Origin: an uncultured Gammaproteobacteria bacterium
Lineage (GTDB): Bacteria > Patescibacteriota > Microgenomatia > Levybacterales > UBA12049
Assembly: GCA_964507055.1 (NCBI GenBank)
Contig: CAZDOJ010000003.1
Location: forward strand, 4,819 to 68,818
Direction of reading: 5' to 3'
Length of the DNA: 64,000 nt
Below, piece after piece: positions 37,333-46,084 of the stretch. Below the pieces are notes generated by a model. That model was given only the letters and a program-made list of their open reading frames with translations, was not told where the DNA came from and did no database searches. Both the position numbers and the translations under genes were made by a program. Every line of letters begins with the position of its first letter. Positions within the stretch are counted from its first letter, which is position 1.

Positions 37333-38103
37333 ATGCTTAGAAAAGGTATTCTTGCCACGATTGTAGGATTGCTGTTTGTGACAGCTATTTCCCCTGTGGC
37401 AGCATCAGATTTATCAAACGGAACTGCCATAGGTGTTACAGTCTCAGACAAAGACATTCAGGACGGTGATATTATTAGCTCAACGCAAGAAGGTTACAAA
37501 AGAACTGTTTCAGCGTATGATCCACAAATCTTTGGAGTCATCAGTAAAAGACCAGCGGTATATTTAAGTGACACAACTTCCCCAACAGATCTTCCTGTCA
37601 TCAGTGTCGGACAAGCTCGCGTCCGAGTTACTACACAAAATGGAAATATCCAGCGAGGAGATTTTATAACTTCTTCAACAATACCGGGCGTTGGTCAGAA
37701 AGCGAGAGATAACGGCTATGTTATAGGTACAGCAGATCAAGATTACAGTAACAATGACACGAAGAAAGTTGGGATAATTCTTGTAACACTCCATCCTCAT
37801 TTCGCAAAACTATCAAACGATATCACAAGGAATCTTTGGAATACAGCAACATTAGGATTTACGGCTGCACTTGAAACACCTCTTGGATTTGTGAGATATG
37901 TGGTTTCCGGTACGATCGCATTACTTTCATTCTTCTTTGGATTTAGATTCTTCGCAAGATCATCCAATCGAGGTGTTGAAGCAATTGGACGTAACCCTCT
38001 TGCAAAGCAAGCAATCCTCTTAAGTGTGTTCATCAACAGTATGGTTACTATTGCAATTATGTTCTTTGGTGTTGCTATCGCGTATTTGATTCTAGTACTA
38101 TAA
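37333..38103 (+). CDS. Fusion-like membrane protein: N-terminal signal/anchor, a roughly 120-aa extracytoplasmic domain homologous to a C-terminal domain of giant protein B, and a C-terminal 2-TM hairpin resembling ATP synthase subunit c (loop 'VEAIGRNP') but lacking the conserved carboxylate and Gly motif. First gene of the atp operon.
   Basis: Strong RBS. Ends 4 nt before atpF. The C-terminus 'SNRGVEAIGRNPLAKQAILLSVFINSMVTIAIMFFGVAIAYLILVL' resembles the c-subunit loop 'QGKAVEGIARQPE' followed by helix 2, but the E/D position holds Ile/Thr. The ectodomain 'GDIISSTQEGYKRT...NGNIQRGDFITSSTIPGVGQKA' matches giant B 'GDLVIADPNNTEYVKRS...[22 protein letters not shown]'. Confidence 0.6.
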   Translation: MLRKGILATIVGLLFVTAISPVAASDLSNGTAIGVTVSDKDIQDGDIISSTQEGYKRTVSAYDPQIFGVISKRPAVYLSDTTSPTDLPVISVGQARVRVTTQNGNIQRGDFITSSTIPGVGQKARDNGYVIGTADQDYSNNDTKKVGIILVTLHPHFAKLSNDITRNLWNTATLGFTAALETPLGFVRYVVSGTIALLSFFFGFRFFARSSNRGVEAIGRNPLAKQAILLSVFINSMVTIAIMFFGVAIAYLILVL

Positions 38104-38107
38104 AATC

Positions 38108-38821
38108 ATGGTTATCGAACCGATTACATTAATATTTCTTGCAGTTACAATAGCTGTCCTTGCGGCAGTACTTCTTGTCTTGGCTATTTCCTACACCAAA
38201 AATGGACAAAAATTGCATCAGACAGAAGAACTTAATAGGCATCTTCAAAACCAAATGTCTGAGAAACCAATCAAGCTTTTAGAAGAAGCACATGGAAAGG
38301 CACAAGAAATTATTGACCAAGCGAACAAACACGCCAATGATATCCTCGCAAGCAGCAAGGCGTATGAAGATAATTCTAATTCTGCCTTGAAAGAAAAGCT
38401 TGTACAGCTTGAGCAAGAACAAGCAGAAGTCTTTAATCAAGCCTCTGAAGAAATGAAAACAGCATATCAGGATATGATGACCCAGATCCAAGAGCAGGAC
38501 ATTAATTCTCTGAAGTCGATGACCAAAGATATCCAATCCGATGTACTGGCAGACTTTAAGGAGTTTAGAGAGACGCTTGAAAAGGAAACTATAAACAGTG
38601 AAAAAGTAGTGAAAGAGAAGATTGATGAAGAGTACTTGATGATTGAAAAGGAACTACAGGATTACAAGAAACAAAAGTATCAGAAAATGGATGAAGATAT
38701 TTACAAGATTCTATATAGAGTTTCTGAAATGGTACTTAGTCAAGGAATCACTTTTGATAAGCATAAGCAATTAGTTCTTGAAGCTCTTGAGACAGCGAAG
38801 AAAGAGCAAGTCTTTAAATAA
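38108..38821 (+). CDS. atpF: F0F1 ATP synthase subunit b
   Basis: Single N-terminal TM helix, then a long charged coiled coil. Operon position is immediately before the delta subunit. Confidence 0.8.
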   Translation: MVIEPITLIFLAVTIAVLAAVLLVLAISYTKNGQKLHQTEELNRHLQNQMSEKPIKLLEEAHGKAQEIIDQANKHANDILASSKAYEDNSNSALKEKLVQLEQEQAEVFNQASEEMKTAYQDMMTQIQEQDINSLKSMTKDIQSDVLADFKEFRETLEKETINSEKVVKEKIDEEYLMIEKELQDYKKQKYQKMDEDIYKILYRVSEMVLSQGITFDKHKQLVLEALETAKKEQVFK

Positions 38822-38838
38822 GACATCCTATCCATATT

Positions 38839-39342
38839 ATGTTAGACACTGCCCTATTTGAACAAATAATTAGCAAGCTTCGTTTAAAGTCAGAAATGAC
38901 TGCAGTCCTTATATGTCTTGATGAATTTTCAAATGACTTTTTCGCTCCTAAAGGTGATGAAGAAATACAAAGGGTTTTCGATAATCTCCCACCCGAGCTT
39001 GGACAAATCCTTAAAGATCATCTGCTCAAGCAAGAGATAACTCACGAAAACCATGGACTGATGACCAAAGCAATTGATGAACTGAAAGAAAGACTTCGGA
39101 CACTGAATGTTATCCAGCTTACGCTTGCCTTCCAACCAGATGAAGATGCCATTTCTATCTTTTCAGATTGGGTAAAAAAGAATGTCGGACCAACAGCAAT
39201 TATTGATTTACAGTTTGATAAGACAATCGTTGGTGGTGCACTCATTATTTCAAGCGGGCAATACAAAGATTATTCTGTACGCAAGAAATTAGGAGGACGG
39301 TTCCAGATTCAAAGAGAAGAAATCATGGGACTGCTAACATGA
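38839..39342 (+). CDS. atpH: F0F1 ATP synthase subunit delta (OSCP)
   Basis: Size of 167 aa. C-terminal 'KTIVGGALIISSGQYKDYSVRKKL' is typical of delta. ATGA overlap with atpA. Confidence 0.8.
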   Translation: MLDTALFEQIISKLRLKSEMTAVLICLDEFSNDFFAPKGDEEIQRVFDNLPPELGQILKDHLLKQEITHENHGLMTKAIDELKERLRTLNVIQLTLAFQPDEDAISIFSDWVKKNVGPTAIIDLQFDKTIVGGALIISSGQYKDYSVRKKLGGRFQIQREEIMGLLT

Positions 39343-40832
39343 AAAATTTCCAACATTATTTAAGCACAAGTGAAGAAGTGGGTTTTGTCGAAGCCTCGAA
39401 CCAATCTATCGTCTATGTCAACGGATTACCACAGGCGACACTGCAGGAAATTGTGATGTTTGAGACAGGTGAATTTGGCGTTGTGCTTTCGATGAGTAAA
39501 GACCAAGTAGAGATTTTGTTATTCTCAAAGTATTCAATCAAGGCTGGAACACGCGTGACAAGGACTGGCTCCAAGCAAGAAATGCCTGTAGGTTTTGAAT
39601 TACTTGGACAAACAGTTGATCCTTTTGGACATCCATTGGAAGTTGGTAAAACAATCGAAAAGCCCAAGGTTTCACGGCCGATTGATATTAATCCGAGTGG
39701 CATTAATACAAGAAAACGTATCGCCACACCACTCGAAACAGGCGTAACAATGGTCGATCTTCTTGTCCCGCTGGGTAAAGGCCAACGTCAGCTTGTCATC
39801 GGTAACCGTAAGACTGGTAAAACAAGTTTTCTTTACCAAACTATCTTGAAACAAGCACGTCTTGGAACGATTTGTATTTACGCAGGTATTGGACGAAAGA
39901 AGACTGATATTAAGAAGATTGAAACATACTTTAAGAACTCCGGAATCATTGATAATACCGTTATCATTGCCTCAAGTTCTGAAGATCCATCAGGCATTAC
40001 TTACCTTACTCCTTTTGCGGCAATGACACTCGCTGAATACTTCCGCGACGAAGGCCATGACGTACTTCTCGTACTTGACGATCTTTTCACTCATGCAAAA
40101 GTCTATCGCGAGATTATGCTTATTGGACGACGTTTCCCAGGACGTAATGCCTACCCTGCTGATATCTTCTATACACATGCACGGCTCCTTGAACGAGCGG
40201 GCAACTTTGTCTTGGCCAATGGAAGTGAGCATTCGATTACATGCCTTCCTGTTGTTGAATCAGTTGAAGGTGATATTGCGGGATTCATCCAAACCAATCT
40301 TATGTCTATGACTGACGGACACATTTACTTTGACGTTGAAATGTTCACCAAAGGAAATCGTCCAGCGATCAATCCGTTCCTTTCTGTAAGTCGTGTTGGC
40401 CGTCAAACGCAAACTCCGCTCCGTTTGAGTATCCACCGTGAGCTAATAAGTTTCTTGACGCTTCATCAACGCCTTGAGAACTTCAGCCACTTTACAGCAG
40501 AAGCTGGTGCAGGTATTAAGAAAACAATGGCTGTTGCAGATCGTATCTTTGCATACTTCACACAAGGTGCGACTGATGTAAAAAGCCTTGATCTACAGAT
40601 TGTGATCTTTGGACTTTTATGGATGGAATACTGGGAAGATCATGCCAAGATGGAACAAGATATCCAGACAATTACCCACACCTATGAGAACAATATCGAA
40701 GCACAAGCCTTGGTGAAAGAAATTATTACCAGTGCTCCAAACCTTAATGACATGTTACAAGATATCAGGAGACGTCAAGAAAAGCTTATGCATGTCTTCG
40801 GAGTCCAAAGGACACCACTCGTTAATATATAA
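39339..40832 (+). CDS. atpA: F0F1 ATP synthase subunit alpha
   Basis: Motifs 'ETGEFGVVL...', 'GRV.D..G.P.DG' and 'LETGVTMVDLLVPLGKGQRQLVIGNRKTGKTS' (P-loop). 497 aa. Confidence 0.95.
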   Translation: MKNFQHYLSTSEEVGFVEASNQSIVYVNGLPQATLQEIVMFETGEFGVVLSMSKDQVEILLFSKYSIKAGTRVTRTGSKQEMPVGFELLGQTVDPFGHPLEVGKTIEKPKVSRPIDINPSGINTRKRIATPLETGVTMVDLLVPLGKGQRQLVIGNRKTGKTSFLYQTILKQARLGTICIYAGIGRKKTDIKKIETYFKNSGIIDNTVIIASSSEDPSGITYLTPFAAMTLAEYFRDEGHDVLLVLDDLFTHAKVYREIMLIGRRFPGRNAYPADIFYTHARLLERAGNFVLANGSEHSITCLPVVESVEGDIAGFIQTNLMSMTDGHIYFDVEMFTKGNRPAINPFLSVSRVGRQTQTPLRLSIHRELISFLTLHQRLENFSHFTAEAGAGIKKTMAVADRIFAYFTQGATDVKSLDLQIVIFGLLWMEYWEDHAKMEQDIQTITHTYENNIEAQALVKEIITSAPNLNDMLQDIRRRQEKLMHVFGVQRTPLVNI

Positions 40833-40839
40833 AAATACC

Positions 40840-41730
40840 ATGAACTATATCAAAAATATCTTAATTCAAATTGAAGATCTTACTGGTATCAAAGAAATCG
40901 TAGGAGCATCCGAAGAAATCGCCAGTATGAAGATGCGTAGCATCCGTGGACAAGTGTTGGAAAGCCGAGACCTGAATGCAGAACTTGCTGACATCTACCG
41001 TGAAGTTACTATCTCCTACAAAAACCAGATTATGAACCTTGTAGCTGAGAAACATGGACTCCTTCCAGGATCTAAGCCGGCTGACTCTCTGTCCCTTAAA
41101 CGAGGTAATGGAAAAACCGCTTGTGTTTTCCTTTCCGCGAACTCAGGTTTCTTCAGTAAGATTTTGCAGAAAACATACAAAGAATTTGTAGCATATCTTG
41201 AGGAACATCCCGCAGAACCAATCATCATCGGTGAGTTTGGAAAGAAGCTTTTTACGGAAGAATTCCCAGGAAGACAATTTACATTCTATGCATTCTCCGA
41301 GAAAGAAGCTACTGAGCAAGGATTAGAGCAAGTTACAAAGGAACTTGTTAAGTATGAAAATGTCATTATCTTTTATCCTCGATTTGAGAGTCTTGCATCC
41401 CAAACAGTTGCATCACTGGATGTATCAGGACATGAAAAAGCACCAGCGGGAGAATCAGCTTTGATGGTGCATTATTTGTTTGAGCCATCATTGGAAAAAA
41501 TCCTTGCCTTCTTTGAGGGTGAAATCTTTGCCGGGATTATCCATCAAACAGTGACAGAATCGGAACTTGCACGATATGCTTCCCGTATTACCACTTTGGA
41601 TATCGCACGAGAAAATATCAGTAATAAGCTCAGAGCCATCAATCTGGAAAAGCGTTTCGCAACCCACAGAATGATGAATAAGAAACAAACAGAAGCATTA
41701 AATGGTTTGTCGCTTTGGAAGCTCGCTTAG
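40840..41730 (+). CDS. atpG: F0F1 ATP synthase subunit gamma (ATG at 40840; the track ORF begins earlier, inside atpA)
   Basis: 'MNYIKNILIQIEDLTGIKEIVGASEEIASMKMRSIRGQVLESR' is typical of a gamma N-terminus. The C-terminal helix is '...KRFATHRMMNKKQTEALNGLS'. Operon position is between alpha and beta. Confidence 0.9.
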   Translation: MNYIKNILIQIEDLTGIKEIVGASEEIASMKMRSIRGQVLESRDLNAELADIYREVTISYKNQIMNLVAEKHGLLPGSKPADSLSLKRGNGKTACVFLSANSGFFSKILQKTYKEFVAYLEEHPAEPIIIGEFGKKLFTEEFPGRQFTFYAFSEKEATEQGLEQVTKELVKYENVIIFYPRFESLASQTVASLDVSGHEKAPAGESALMVHYLFEPSLEKILAFFEGEIFAGIIHQTVTESELARYASRITTLDIARENISNKLRAINLEKRFATHRMMNKKQTEALNGLSLWKLA

Positions 41731-41787
41731 AATGATTGTCTCTGGCGTTTTTATACTCATTTCGACTAAACTGATAAAAGGAAATAA

Positions 41788-43182
<1,395 letters not shown>

Positions 43183-43185
43183 TGT

Positions 43186-43587
43186 ATGGAAGATCCAAAT
43201 CAACCACCACAACCAGCACCTGTGCAACCGACGCAAAGTAATACACCTCCGGAAGCTCCAGTGGAGCATGTCGCACTTGATAAAATTCACGTTATGATCC
43301 GTAATCGACGCCAGTTACTTTTTGATGATGACGTGAAAGCGGTAACTTCCAAGAATGACACAGGAATATTCGATGTGTTGCCAGAGCATTCTAACTTTAT
43401 TTCAGTTCTAAAAGAAGCAATCACACTACATAAGATTGATGGAACAGAAGAAGTTATTCCTTTGAAGAATGGTGTTATGAAAGTCAAAGACAGTGGTGTG
43501 AAGTGTTATATCGATCTTTTGACAACAGTGATTACTCCTGAAAATCAACCTACACAAGCTTCCCATCCAACTGAGCAAGCGAAGTAG
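43186..43587 (+). CDS. atpC: F0F1 ATP synthase subunit epsilon (with a Pro/Gln-rich N-terminal extension)
   Basis: Lies directly after atpD. The beta-sandwich region 'KIHVMIRNRRQLLFDDDVKAVTSKNDTGIFDVLPEH...' resembles epsilon. Confidence 0.75.
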   Translation: MEDPNQPPQPAPVQPTQSNTPPEAPVEHVALDKIHVMIRNRRQLLFDDDVKAVTSKNDTGIFDVLPEHSNFISVLKEAITLHKIDGTEEVIPLKNGVMKVKDSGVKCYIDLLTTVITPENQPTQASHPTEQAK

Positions 43588-43863
43588 TTATTGTCTACGA
43601 TTCCGAGATGCTGTAAAGACTGTTCGAGCTACAGAAACACCTGCCTCAAGTGTAGCTCCGCCTAAACGCTTTCCTAATTCAAAACTTCCTCTTGCAACGA
43701 TTGATGTGGCATAAACTGAACCGACAAATGATGTGCCGATTGGTCCTTTGGTAAGTTCTCTTGTGAATGAATCTGTTGCAGCACTCAAATGTCCTCGCAT
43801 AGAGATTCTTTCGATATCTTCTGTATGTGATGTTCGCTCTGTCATAAATAAAAACAACGACAA
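43588..43863 (-). CDS. Small hypothetical protein (91 aa) between the convergent atp and ndk units
   Basis: ORF with ordinary codon usage. No recognisable domain. Confidence 0.3.
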   Translation of the reverse strand: MSLFLFMTERTSHTEDIERISMRGHLSAATDSFTRELTKGPIGTSFVGSVYATSIVARGSFELGKRLGGATLEAGVSVARTVFTASRNRRQ

Positions 43864-43905
43864 CCACTAATAAGATTACTGGAATATAAACCAATAAGAG
43901 GAAGC

Positions 43906-44373
43906 CTACTTCTTACGCTCTTCTTCGAGGTAAACGTGGATGTTGTCTACTTTTTCCCAATCAAATATATCTGATGCATCAAACATGATTGCTCGTTCTC
44001 TTGCAGCTGCTTCAGGACTTTCTGATGCGTGAATGAGGTTGTATTGCTGACTCATTGCGAAATCTCCTCTGATTGTACCTGGAGCTGCTTCTCGAGCTTT
44101 GGTAATGCCAATCATTGTTCGGACTGTTGTTGCAGCGTCGATACCTTCCCAAAGCATTGCTACAACTGGGTAGGATTTCATATAAGATTTGAGACCTGGG
44201 AAGAAAGGCTTATCTTTGTGGTGAACGTACCATTCTTCAAGAAGAGAATCACTGAGTGAAATCATTTTAAGTGCAGAAAGTTTCAATCCTTTACGCTCAA
44301 AACGCTGGATGATTTCTCCGATAAGTCCTCTTTGGACGCCATCTGGTTTGACTAATACAACTGTTTGTTCCAT
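43906..44373 (-). CDS. ndk: Nucleoside diphosphate kinase
   Basis: 'MEQTVVLVKPDGVQRGLIGEIIQRFERKGLKL...' with the NDK active-site region 'NLIHASES'. 155 aa. Confidence 0.9.
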   Translation of the reverse strand: MEQTVVLVKPDGVQRGLIGEIIQRFERKGLKLSALKMISLSDSLLEEWYVHHKDKPFFPGLKSYMKSYPVVAMLWEGIDAATTVRTMIGITKAREAAPGTIRGDFAMSQQYNLIHASESPEAAARERAIMFDASDIFDWEKVDNIHVYLEEERKK

Positions 44374-44381
44374 AAGTTAGA

Positions 44382-45656
44382 TTATAATTTTAACAGAGCT
44401 TCGAGTTTCTGTCCATCTTCAAAATTTCCAATCAAAGCTAAATTTAACCTTTTCTCGACAAAGAATTCTTTTCCGACTGCTTCGATGTCTTCTTTGGTTA
44501 CTTTATCAATCTCTGTAATGACATCAGAAGGATTCTCGATATGATCTTCAAGTAGTTCTTGGTGGGCGTAGAATCCTGCTACAGAACGACTATCCTCCAA
44601 ATCCAGTACTAAGTGACCTTTCAAAAATTCCTTGGCTTTTACGAGCTCCTCATCTGTTAATCCCATTTCTCCACGAGAAACTTTTCCGTACTCAGCAACC
44701 ATGACTTCAACTGCTTCACTTACCCGCTTTGGATCGATTCCCGCTGTTGAGACAAATGACCCGACATCAGCATATTCATCTGAACTTGAACGTACGTAAT
44801 ACGCAAGCCCCCGCTTCTCGCGAACTTCATGGAAGAGGCGTGAAGACATACCTCCACCAAGGATTGCAGAAAGTACTGATAATGGATATCGCTTGTCTGA
44901 TTGGATTGAAACAGTACGGACGCCAAGTGCAATATGAATTTGCTCAGTTTGTTTTTGCTTGATCAGAACAGCCGGCTTATCTTGAGCATCAGAGACAGAA
45001 TCATACTTGATCGTTTCAAACTGCTTCATAACTCCAAAATACTTTTCTATCATTGCAAAAGTGTCATTTTCATCAATTCCTCCTGCCACGACAACTGTGA
45101 GGTTACTTGCACTATACAGTTCTCCCATATACTTGACGAAATCATCTCGAGTTACGGCTTTGATAACTTCTTTATTTCCAGCAATGTCCCATCCCATTGG
45201 CGTATCACCATAAAGAAGCTGCTCATAGATATCGCCAAGCTTTCGGGCTGGCATATCCTCATACAGGTTTATTTCTTCAGCAATAACACCTTTTTCCTTC
45301 TCGATCTCTGTTGGGTCAAATTTCGAATGCATCAACATATCTGAGAGTAAATCGATTGAGGTTTCGATCCTAGACTTTGCAGATTTGATGTAGTAGCCTG
45401 TGGTTTCTTTGCCGGTAAAAGCATTGAATTCGCCTCCCATACCATCAATCAATGATGATATTGCCATAGCATCAGGGCGTTTTTCTGTACCTTTAAAAGC
45501 CATATGCTCAAGGAAATGTGAGATGCCGCTATTTTTTGCTGTCTCATATCGTGAGCCTGCTCCGGCCATGACAAGCACTGTTGCACTTTCCATTGCTGGC
45601 ATTGGGATAAGGAGAACTCGAAGACCGTTTGGTAAAACTTTTCTGGTAAATTGCAT
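44382..45656 (-). CDS. M16-family (pitrilysin/insulinase-like) zinc peptidase
   Basis: Inverted zinc motif HxxEH in 'GISHFLEHMAFKGTEKR'. About 420 aa, typical of M16B. Confidence 0.85.
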   Translation of the reverse strand: MQFTRKVLPNGLRVLLIPMPAMESATVLVMAGAGSRYETAKNSGISHFLEHMAFKGTEKRPDAMAISSLIDGMGGEFNAFTGKETTGYYIKSAKSRIETSIDLLSDMLMHSKFDPTEIEKEKGVIAEEINLYEDMPARKLGDIYEQLLYGDTPMGWDIAGNKEVIKAVTRDDFVKYMGELYSASNLTVVVAGGIDENDTFAMIEKYFGVMKQFETIKYDSVSDAQDKPAVLIKQKQTEQIHIALGVRTVSIQSDKRYPLSVLSAILGGGMSSRLFHEVREKRGLAYYVRSSSDEYADVGSFVSTAGIDPKRVSEAVEVMVAEYGKVSRGEMGLTDEELVKAKEFLKGHLVLDLEDSRSVAGFYAHQELLEDHIENPSDVITEIDKVTKEDIEAVGKEFFVEKRLNLALIGNFEDGQKLEALLKL

Positions 45657-45715
45657 AACCTAGATAAAAAACTATTCTAGCACCTTCCCTTAAGATCACA
45701 AGACCTAGAAGAATC

Positions 45716-46078
45716 CTAATGCTTTAATGCTTCTGCTACAGCAGTCGCAGCATCAAAATTGACTGTATCATCAAGTGCTGTAGCTTCTGCTTGTGGTCCC
45801 ATGATGACTGGTTCAAGATGTCCTGGACTGGGTGCTTCCACTGGAGCTGCCGGTGGAACAAATTTACCAGGAGCTTCACTATGCCCTTGAAGCGATGCCA
45901 CACCAGTTAAGGCAACCATTATGCTTGAAATTGGTATAGGAGGTGTATCTGGATATCGTCTTATCGGAGGCTCCATGCGATGTCTACCTTGAGCGACTCG
46001 CCTTGGAACAGTGGCTAACTGATCATCATGTTCGACCAGTGCGTGCCTTCCGTATGAAGAATCAATAGATTCAGCCAT
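45716..46078 (-). CDS. Hypothetical Pro-rich protein
   Basis: ORF of 120 aa lying between the flanking genes. No recognised domain. Confidence 0.35.
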   Translation of the reverse strand: MAESIDSSYGRHALVEHDDQLATVPRRVAQGRHRMEPPIRRYPDTPPIPISSIMVALTGVASLQGHSEAPGKFVPPAAPVEAPSPGHLEPVIMGPQAEATALDDTVNFDAATAVAEALKH

Positions 46079-46084
46079 GGTATT

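Noticed and set aside
37333-38103. Calling the 256-aa protein a bona fide atpE (subunit c)
   Set aside because: It lacks the essential helix-2 carboxylate and the helix-1 Gly motif, and it carries a 170-aa extracytoplasmic N-terminal extension. It is reported only as c-like.
40732-40839. 5' extension of the atpG ORF overlapping the atpA 3' end
   Set aside because: The gamma-subunit homology begins at 'MNYIKNIL' (ATG 40840), right after the atpA stop. The upstream part is an out-of-frame read-through of atpA sequence.
43679-43894. 71-aa minus-strand ORF (R/K/Y/C-rich) between atpC and ndk
   Set aside because: Implausible composition. It overlaps the better-looking 43588-43863 ORF in another frame.
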